From an uncultured bacterium (GTDB taxonomy: Bacteria > Hydrothermota > UBA3073 > NMUJ01 > CBEVQO01): a stretch of DNA of 64,000 bases. Shown here piece after piece: positions 57,212 through 64,000 of the stretch (positions are counted from its first letter, which is position 1; every line of letters begins with the position of its first letter). Under the pieces are notes generated by a model. The model was not told where the DNA came from. It worked only from the letters and a program-made list of their open reading frames with translations, and did not search any database. Location of the stretch: the NCBI GenBank assembly GCA_965552055.1, contig CBEVQO010000001.1, positions 256,001-320,000 of the forward strand. The letters are read 5' to 3'. Both the position numbers and the translations under genes were made by a program.

Positions 57212-59590
57212 CTATTCTCTTACAAGTTCCCTTTCTATTTTCAGTCTTTTGGCAGCTGACTCAGATATTCCGAGAAGTGCGCAAACAACATCCCAGAGTT
57301 TTACTTTTCCGAGTTGCATTAAAATTTCAATATGGTCTTCTTTTTTGGTTATCATGAGTACGGATTTTCTTACATTTTTTCCTTTGAAAATGACTTCTTT
57401 CCTTTTCATAAAATCGTCAATTTCTCTCTGTGATATTCTGGCGCCATAAATTTTATAGATCACTTTCTGGAAGGTTTCAAATAATGATTTTGCTTCCTCG
57501 TAAAATGGTTGAGCTTCCAGCACTCTTATTCCTTTTGGTAATGCTTTGTTTAAAAGATATACAACATCGCTTCTCACAGGGTATTCCATTTCCATATCGA
57601 AATAATCCGATTTGCTTATCACACCCACTGGTATGGGAGGAGAGAAAGAAAGTTGAGGTCTTGGTGTAAATCCTTTTGAATATGCCACAGGTAGCCCTGT
57701 GCGCCTTACTGCTCTCGTTATAGCCCTAACAAGGTCAAGATGAGAAAGATAGCGGGCTCCTTCACCTTTTTCAAACCTCACTCTAAAATTCAGTTTCACA
57801 GAAGAAAGGGGTTTCACCCTTCTTACTCTGTCACCATAACTTATAACATCTTCTTTTTGCTCTCTATCATAAGGGATTAAGAAGTCACCTTTACACACAC
57901 CGCATCCAATACATCCCGTTATTCTGCAATCCCTTGTGAAATCTTTTTCTCTCCTTTCTTTTTTCAAAAATTCTTTTGATACACCTGTATCTATTATGTC
58001 CCATGGTAGCTCTTTATCTTCGTCTAATTCTTTTGTGTATTCTTTTGGGTCTATTCCTGCTTCTTCGAAACTTTCTCTCCATTTTTTGAAATTGAAATAT
58101 TCTGACCATTCATCGAATCTCTGTCCTTTTCTGTAAGCCAGTTCTATTACTTTTGCTATCTTTCTGTCGCCCCTTGCAATTACACACTCTAAGAAAGATG
58201 CTCTTGCATCCCTGTAATCTACTTTTATTTTTTTGAATTCTCTCAAACTTCTCTTTATGTATTTTTCGATGTTGAATAATTCTCCTGTTTCTTTTTGTTT
58301 TTCCCACTGGAATGGGGTGTGGGGTCGGGGGACGAAGGGGGAAATTGATACATTCAAATTTTTATCCTTTAAAATTTTTGATATCCTTTTGCATAAGTCA
58401 ATAATAGCTTCAATATCATCCTGTTCTTCATCTGGCAATCCTATCATGAAATAAAGTTTTAAGTGGGTGAAATTGTATTTTCTTACATTTTCGGCAGATT
58501 TAAAAATTCCATCTTCCGATATTTCTTTGTTTATTCTTCTTCTCAATCTATCTGTGCCTGCCTCAGGTGCAAGGGTAACCCCTCCTTTCCCCAAAAAGCG
58601 CGCAAGTTCATCATCCAGACTATCGCCTCTCATAGAAGGGAATGCAAAATTCACTTTTAAATCGAGTTTCTGAAGCATTTTGCAGAGAGTATGAATCTGG
58701 GAATGGTCAGATGCCGACAGGGATAAAAATGATACTTCTTCGTAGCCTGTATTTTTAAGTCCAATTTTCATCAAGTTTATTATCTGTTCTGCTGTTCTTT
58801 CTCTATAAGGTCTGAAGCAATATCCTGGCTGGCAGAATCTGCATCCACGGGTACATCCCCGTGCTATCTCCACAACGAGTCTGTCCTGTATCACCTCTGT
58901 AAGGGGGACAAGTGGAGCATTTGGGAAAAATTCATCGGTTAACTCAGGGAGCCATTGCCTCTCTGCTCTGTTATTGATGGAAGGCACATATACTCCTTTA
59001 ACTTTTGATAATTCTTCAAGTATTTTATATCTTTTCATTCCTTTGCATTCTTTTAATACATCTATAAACTGTGGCAAAACTGCTTCTGCTTCGCCAACAA
59101 TGAAGCAATCGAAGAAGTCAGCAATTGGTACGGGATTAAATGCACCGAGTCCACCACCTAAAATTATAGGATGACCTTCTTTTCTATCTTCTGCATAAAT
59201 GGGGATTCCTCCGAGTTCCAGAATATTTAAAACATTTGTGTAATTCAATTCATATTGCAATGAAAATCCAATGCAGTCGAATTTTTTAATTTCTGTTTGA
59301 GATTCAAGTGAAAAAAGGGGTATTTTTCTGCTCCTTAATTTTCTTTCAAAATCAGGTAATGGTGCAAAAACTCTTTCGCAAAGAACATCATCCATTTTGT
59401 TTAGTAAGTAATAAATTAATTTTAAGCCGTAAGAGCTCATACCAGTTGCATAAGCATCCGGGAAAGCAAGCAGAAAATGAACTTTTACATCTTCCCAATT
59501 TTTATGAAAGCTTCCTATTTCATGGTTCAAATACTGAGCCGGTCTTTTTATCGTTGGCAAAATATTTTCAAATTCTTTTCTCCAATCCAT
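57212..59590 (-). CDS. TIGR03960-type radical SAM protein fused to a radical-SAM-linked C-terminal domain
   Basis: FPDAYATGMS, EIARGCTRGCRFCQ, TLAPEAG, YLSHLDL..GFTPRP; start MDWRK after TTGACA-N15-TAAATT (59599-59625). Confidence 0.85.
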   Translation of the reverse strand: MDWRKEFENILPTIKRPAQYLNHEIGSFHKNWEDVKVHFLLAFPDAYATGMSSYGLKLIYYLLNKMDDVLCERVFAPLPDFERKLRSRKIPLFSLESQTEIKKFDCIGFSLQYELNYTNVLNILELGGIPIYAEDRKEGHPIILGGGLGAFNPVPIADFFDCFIVGEAEAVLPQFIDVLKECKGMKRYKILEELSKVKGVYVPSINNRAERQWLPELTDEFFPNAPLVPLTEVIQDRLVVEIARGCTRGCRFCQPGYCFRPYRERTAEQIINLMKIGLKNTGYEEVSFLSLSASDHSQIHTLCKMLQKLDLKVNFAFPSMRGDSLDDELARFLGKGGVTLAPEAGTDRLRRRINKEISEDGIFKSAENVRKYNFTHLKLYFMIGLPDEEQDDIEAIIDLCKRISKILKDKNLNVSISPFVPRPHTPFQWEKQKETGELFNIEKYIKRSLREFKKIKVDYRDARASFLECVIARGDRKIAKVIELAYRKGQRFDEWSEYFNFKKWRESFEEAGIDPKEYTKELDEDKELPWDIIDTGVSKEFLKKERREKDFTRDCRITGCIGCGVCKGDFLIPYDREQKEDVISYGDRVRRVKPLSSVKLNFRVRFEKGEGARYLSHLDLVRAITRAVRRTGLPVAYSKGFTPRPQLSFSPPIPVGVISKSDYFDMEMEYPVRSDVVYLLNKALPKGIRVLEAQPFYEEAKSLFETFQKVIYKIYGARISQREIDDFMKRKEVIFKGKNVRKSVLMITKKEDHIEILMQLGKVKLWDVVCALLGISESAAKRLKIERELVRE

Positions 59591-59658
59591 CAAATATAAA
59601 TTTACTCTAAAATCCAAAATGTCAATATTTATTGATAAAAAATTTCGAAAAAATAAGC

Positions 59659-59685
59659 TTGACAAATTGAAATTTTGAATATAAT
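59659..59685 (+). promoter_or_regulatory. speDE promoter TTGACA-N15-TATAAT
   Basis: Exact hexamers, 15-nt spacer. Confidence 0.75.
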
Positions 59686-59740
59686 AGGCAGTCGGATGGG
59701 GGGTGTATGGGTGAAGGAGATGAAGCTAACAGGTTGAGAA

Positions 59741-60094
59741 ATGGAAAGGTACCTTGGCAAGCACATAATTTTAGAATTTTACGAGTGCCCAAGGGAATGC
59801 ATTCAGGATTCTCGCAAAGTAGAAGAAGCCTTCATGGAAGCAGCCCGTGTTTCCCGTGCTAACATTGTAAAAACAGTTTTCCATTATTTCAATCCACATG
59901 GAGTTTCCGGCGTTGTTGTAATAGCAGAATCTCATTTTTCAATCCATACCTGGCCCGAACATGGATATTGTGCAATTGACCTGTTTACATGCAGTGAAGA
60001 CCTCGACCTTAAGAAAGCGATAGAAGTTTTAAAAGAAAGATTAAAACCCAAATATGTGAGTGCATTTGAATTTAAGAGGGGGACATTTATATGA
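59741..60094 (+). CDS. speD: S-adenosylmethionine decarboxylase proenzyme
   Basis: LGKH, FNPHGVSGVVVIAESHFSIHTWPE, DLFTC. Confidence 0.95.
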   Translation: MERYLGKHIILEFYECPRECIQDSRKVEEAFMEAARVSRANIVKTVFHYFNPHGVSGVVVIAESHFSIHTWPEHGYCAIDLFTCSEDLDLKKAIEVLKERLKPKYVSAFEFKRGTFI

Positions 60095-60927
60095 CTCAAC
60101 AATTTCCAGAACTCTGGTATACCGAAAAATACACACAGCACTTTAATTCCAGCATACGCATAAAAGAAAAATTATTCTCAAAAAAGTCAAAATTTCAGCT
60201 GATTGAAGTTTTTGATACTTATGAATTTGGTAAAGTTTTATATTTGAACAATGCTTTGATGGTTACGGAGCGTGATGAATTTTTCTATCATGAGCTAATA
60301 GTTCATACTGCTATGACTGCATGTGCTGAAGCGAAGAATGTATTGATAATAGGTGGGGGTGATGGTGGAGTGGCTCGTGAAGTATGCAAATATCCCGTTG
60401 AAAAAGTAAAAGTTATAGAAATTGACCCCGAAGTTATTGAGGTATGTAAAAAATATTTCCCTGAAATTGCAAAAGGATTTGAAGATAAAAGGGTTGAAGT
60501 TTTAAATCAGGATGGTTTTGAGTATGTTAAAAATTGTAAAGAGACTTATGATGTTATCATAATAGATTCTTCCGATATGGTTGGACCTCCTCCTATTGGA
60601 CCTGCTGAAATTCTATCGTCACGGGAATTTATGGAAAATTGCAAAAAGATTTTGTCAGAAGAAGGGATTTTCGTTGCCCAATCTGAGACACCTATTTTTT
60701 ACTTTGAGTTTATAAAAGAGTACTTAAAGAGGGTGAAATCCGTTTTTCCTGTTGTAAAATATGCTGTTATTCCTGCGCCTTCTTATGGCGGGATATGGTC
60801 TTTGACTTTTGCTTCCAAAGGTAATGACCCATCGGAACCCAAGAGAGAAGCACCATCAGGTTTAAAATGTTACAATAAAGAACTTCATAAAGCAATTTTC
60901 TCCCTCCCGAATATCTGGAGAATTTAA
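60091..60927 (+). CDS. speE: Polyamine aminopropyltransferase (spermidine synthase)
   Basis: DEFFYHE, LIIGGGDGG, EIDPEV, IIIDSSD. Confidence 0.95.
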   Translation: MTQQFPELWYTEKYTQHFNSSIRIKEKLFSKKSKFQLIEVFDTYEFGKVLYLNNALMVTERDEFFYHELIVHTAMTACAEAKNVLIIGGGDGGVAREVCKYPVEKVKVIEIDPEVIEVCKKYFPEIAKGFEDKRVEVLNQDGFEYVKNCKETYDVIIIDSSDMVGPPPIGPAEILSSREFMENCKKILSEEGIFVAQSETPIFYFEFIKEYLKRVKSVFPVVKYAVIPAPSYGGIWSLTFASKGNDPSEPKREAPSGLKCYNKELHKAIFSLPNIWRI

Positions 60928-61670
60928 GGTAAAGTTAAAATTTCGGGATTATCTTCTCTTATTACAATGGTATGTTCAAAGAGTGCAGAAGGTTTTCTAT
61001 CTACGGTTATTGCTGTCCATCCGTCTTTTAATGTTTTTGACTCGCCTTTGCCTGCGTTTATCATTGCCTCTATTGCTAGTGTCATTCCTTTGCGCAAAAG
61101 CGGTCCCTTTCCAGGTGGTCCATAGGTTGGAACAGGTGGGTCTTCGTGCAATGCCCTGCCGATACCGTGACCAGTGTAATCCCTTGCAGGAGAAAAGCCG
61201 TATTTTCTGGCTGTCAATTCAATAGCATGTGAAATATCAAGCACCCTATTTCCTTCCTTTGCCATTTTGATTGCATTTTTTAAAGCCTCTTCTGCTGCCT
61301 GAATCAATCTTTTTTTGAGTTTTGAAACCTCTCCAACAGGAAATGTTTTCGCAGCATCAGCATGATAACCTTTGTAGCAGGCACCTGCATCTATTCCAAT
61401 AATGTCCCCCTCTCTTAAAACCTTTGTTGATGGCATTTCGTGGACAATCGATTCGTTAACACAGGTGCAAAGAGTAAAAGGATAACCCTTATATCCTTTA
61501 AATGAAGGCACAGCTCCATATTTCCTTATAAATTCTTCTGCAAATTTATCCAGTTCTATTGTTTTCACACCCGGTTTTATTAATTTCTCGATTTCGAGTA
61601 ATAAATTTCCAACGATTTTTCCAGCTTCTCTCATCAATTTTATCTCTGATTCTGATTTTATAAAAATCAT
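60924..61670 (-). CDS. map: Methionine aminopeptidase type I
   Basis: NESIVH, DAG..GYHADAA, GHGIGRALHEDP, IEAM, FEHT. Confidence 0.97.
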   Translation of the reverse strand: MIFIKSESEIKLMREAGKIVGNLLLEIEKLIKPGVKTIELDKFAEEFIRKYGAVPSFKGYKGYPFTLCTCVNESIVHEMPSTKVLREGDIIGIDAGACYKGYHADAAKTFPVGEVSKLKKRLIQAAEEALKNAIKMAKEGNRVLDISHAIELTARKYGFSPARDYTGHGIGRALHEDPPVPTYGPPGKGPLLRKGMTLAIEAMINAGKGESKTLKDGWTAITVDRKPSALFEHTIVIREDNPEILTLP

Positions 61671-61677
61671 AGATTAA

Positions 61678-62484
61678 TTATATGTGAGCATCCAGTATGT
61701 CAAGATAATGTAAAACTTTTGCCTCTGGCAAGCGTGGTTCAACAGGTGAACCCCATTTTCTTTCCCCATGATGACTTAAAATCAGATGCAATAATTTTTG
61801 TGCCAAATCATCAGGAAAATCTTTTATCTCTTTGATTTTTTCTTTCACCATCTCATAACCTGCGACAATATGCGAAATCATTAACTCTTCTTCATTTATT
61901 TTTATTTCAGGTAGTAAATCGTAAGTTTTAATCTTCCCGATATCATGTAATATTGCACCTGTTAGCAATAAATCTTTATCAAGTTTTGGATAGAGCTCTG
62001 CGATTTTAAGGCATGCTTTACAAACATTTAAAGTGTGTTCAAGTAGTCCGCCCATCCACTGGTGATGCATTTTTGAAGCACCGGGTGACTTTTTAAATTT
62101 ATCAACGATTTCTTTATCTTTAAAAATTCTGGATAAAAGTTCACGCAAATAAGGATTTTTAACCTCGCCAGCTATCTTCCTGAATTCTTCCCACATTCCA
62201 TCAATTGACTTTTCTGTTACCTTTATAAAATCTTTGATATCAACTTCTTTTTCCGTAACTTTTTTGAATTCCTCAACTTCGATTTTTAATTTGTTATTTT
62301 CTTTAAAAACCTTGCCTCTTATTTTTACGAAATCGCCCCTTTTAAGTTCTTCTTTTTCTTTAAAAAGGGCGGGTATTTTTCCTGATTTATCACCCAAAAT
62401 AACTTCATCTTTAACATCAAAAATTACAAAAATATCTTCAAAGTTTTCGCCTTCTTTTAAATTGTTAACGAATTTCTCTTTCAT
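61678..62484 (-). CDS. YhaM-like OB-fold plus HD-domain protein
   Basis: PGASKMHHQWMGGLLEHT, LHDIGK, ILSHHG..WGSP. Confidence 0.85.
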   Translation of the reverse strand: MKEKFVNNLKEGENFEDIFVIFDVKDEVILGDKSGKIPALFKEKEELKRGDFVKIRGKVFKENNKLKIEVEEFKKVTEKEVDIKDFIKVTEKSIDGMWEEFRKIAGEVKNPYLRELLSRIFKDKEIVDKFKKSPGASKMHHQWMGGLLEHTLNVCKACLKIAELYPKLDKDLLLTGAILHDIGKIKTYDLLPEIKINEEELMISHIVAGYEMVKEKIKEIKDFPDDLAQKLLHLILSHHGERKWGSPVEPRLPEAKVLHYLDILDAHI

Positions 62485-63433
62485 ATTTTTCAACTTCTTC
62501 TATTTTTTCTTTTATTCTTTTTAAAAGTTCATCTATCCCTGTCACTTTGAGAGCAGAAATAGGTATTGCTTCATCGAATTTGATAATTTCTTTTACTAAA
62601 TCTATTTTATTCAATGCGATGATGTATGGTTTTTTCAGAATCATTGGATTGTATTCTCTTATTTCATTTTGAAGGATTGCGAAATCCCTTGCTGGGTCGG
62701 AAGTTATATCAAGCAGATATAAAAGCACTTTTGTTCTTTCAATGTGTCTTAAAAAATCGAGTCCGAGTCCTTTCCCTTCATGTGCTCCTTCGATTATCCC
62801 CGGTATATCTGCAAAAGTTATTCTCTTGTGGTCAATTTCCACTACACCGAGGTTTGGTGAGAGCGTTGTAAACGGGTAATCTGCGATTTTGGGTTCAGCA
62901 TTTGATATGCATTTTAAAAGTGTTGATTTTCCGGCATTCGGTAAGCCAACGATTCCAACATCTGCTATCAATTTTAACTCAAATGTAAGCCATTTTTCTT
63001 CTCCCGGTTTTCCCCTTTCTCTTATCCTCGGTGCCTGACGGGTTGGTGATTTGAAATGGGTGTTGCCCCTCCCTCCTTTGCCACCTTTTGCAACGATTAT
63101 CTCCTGTCCATCGTATAAAATTTCCCCAATTAGTTTATCTCCCTCATAAATGACGGTACCTGTCGGCACTTCGATTATGCAATCTTCACCTTTTGCACCA
63201 TGTTGATTTTTACCCCTTCCGTGTTCCCCATCTCCAGCGAACCAGTGTTTTTTGAAGAATAAATGATTTAAATTGTTTAAGTGTTTGTTTCCTCTTACTA
63301 TGACATTCCCGCCGTTGCCTCCATCTCCTCCGTCAGGTCCTCCCTTTGGCACGAATTTTTCTCTGCGAAAACTTATGCAACCATCACCTCCACGACCTGC
63401 TTTCACAAAAACTTTTACTTTATCTACAAACAT
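62465..63433 (-). CDS. obgE: GTPase ObgE
   Basis: FRREKFVPKGGPDGGDGG, GLPNAGKST, YPFTT, DIPG, NKID. Confidence 0.98.
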   Translation of the reverse strand: MFVDKVKVFVKAGRGGDGCISFRREKFVPKGGPDGGDGGNGGNVIVRGNKHLNNLNHLFFKKHWFAGDGEHGRGKNQHGAKGEDCIIEVPTGTVIYEGDKLIGEILYDGQEIIVAKGGKGGRGNTHFKSPTRQAPRIRERGKPGEEKWLTFELKLIADVGIVGLPNAGKSTLLKCISNAEPKIADYPFTTLSPNLGVVEIDHKRITFADIPGIIEGAHEGKGLGLDFLRHIERTKVLLYLLDITSDPARDFAILQNEIREYNPMILKKPYIIALNKIDLVKEIIKFDEAIPISALKVTGIDELLKRIKEKIEEVEKYEREIR

Positions 63434-63880
63434 TTATAAGAGAATATTCAAACCCAAAAGTCCTTTATAATGGCTGTAAAATCCTGCTTCTCCGCTTAAA
63501 CTTATATAAAATTTTAACTGTCTGATTTGTATTATTTTAAGATTTAAAAAGAAAGATGCTGTTAGCAACTTTTGTGAGTTTGTTTCAAGTTCTATATCCT
63601 CATATTTTGCCCTTAAAGGCGTTACAAAGATTGCATTTATTTTTAGCCCTGTTGTAAATAGAAAAAAATCAAAAAGAGTCCCGAGAGAAATTCCCCTTTC
63701 ATACATGCTCAGCTGTATTTTATCTTTTTCGATATCATATTTTGAAAATACGCTTCCTATTGTCCAGTAATCTTTTTGATAAACAAAGGACAAATGCATT
63801 CCATTTCCCGAATATCCTTCCCAATTTATTTTTATATAAGATAAGTTTAACGATATCATACTTAAAATCATCAAAATCAT
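63434..63880 (-). CDS. Hypothetical beta-rich exported protein
   Basis: GAGGT SD, short hydrophobic N-terminus, alternating strands. Confidence 0.55.
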   Translation of the reverse strand: MILMILSMISLNLSYIKINWEGYSGNGMHLSFVYQKDYWTIGSVFSKYDIEKDKIQLSMYERGISLGTLFDFFLFTTGLKINAIFVTPLRAKYEDIELETNSQKLLTASFFLNLKIIQIRQLKFYISLSGEAGFYSHYKGLLGLNILL

Positions 63881-63923
63881 GATACCTCCTTTATTGTTGA
63901 ATTATAAGAAACTAATTCAAAAA

Positions 63924-64000
63924 TTAGGATTTTTGACATAATTCGATTGCTTTCTTTGCTCCTTCTACCATTTCTTTAACAGGTGTTATACCTGCTTTTT
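63924..64000 (-). CDS. 3' end of a gene resembling a succinyl-CoA ligase beta-subunit C-terminus
   Basis: KAGITPVKEMVEGAKKAIELCQKS-stop; only 24 residues visible. Confidence 0.35.
   Translation of the reverse strand, partial: KAGITPVKEMVEGAKKAIELCQKS

Noticed and set aside
2185..63470. Many short ORFs antisense to or out of frame within long genes
   Set aside because: Shadow ORFs with no motifs, SD or promoter support
1..64000. tRNA, rRNA, transposase, integrase or prophage genes
   Set aside because: None recognised by eye; a tRNAscan/Rfam/ISEScan run would be needed to exclude them

Overview
AT-rich bacterial chromosome segment, probably from a thermophilic diderm (inferred from K/E-rich proteins, porin-like genes and the CRISPR leader motif). 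Left to right: (1) 1-10951, a tightly coupled minus-strand operon of a lipoprotein solute-binding protein, a HemN-like radical SAM enzyme, an atypical histidine kinase, a small partner protein, a 1102-aa receiver/phosphotransferase/Zn-deaminase fusion and a second receiver protein cut by the window edge; this is the best candidate for an undescribed signalling-gated system. (2) 11.3-16.9 kb, a TPR-caspase converging on a vWA membrane protein plus a 906-aa tubulin/FtsZ-like protein. (3) 17-28 kb, a type III-A CRISPR-Cas locus (cas6, cas10, csm2-5, two CARF proteins, two arrays with different repeats, no cas1/cas2) next to an RNA ligase. (4) 28-64 kb, housekeeping genes (mutS, queA, speD/speE, map, obgE) mixed with toxin-antitoxin modules (several damaged), a 114-bp repeated element, a transporter/cyclase/porin operon, a Cys-rich lipoprotein cassette, two AmmeMemoRadiSam enzymes and a glycerol-1-phosphate dehydrogenase/cytidylyltransferase/CDP-alcohol transferase trio. 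Across the window, about 17 sigma70-like promoters have a 15-bp instead of 17-bp spacer, many with a start codon 5 nt after the -10 box, and many exported-type proteins have very short hydrophobic N-termini. All calls come from reading motifs by eye; no database searches were run.
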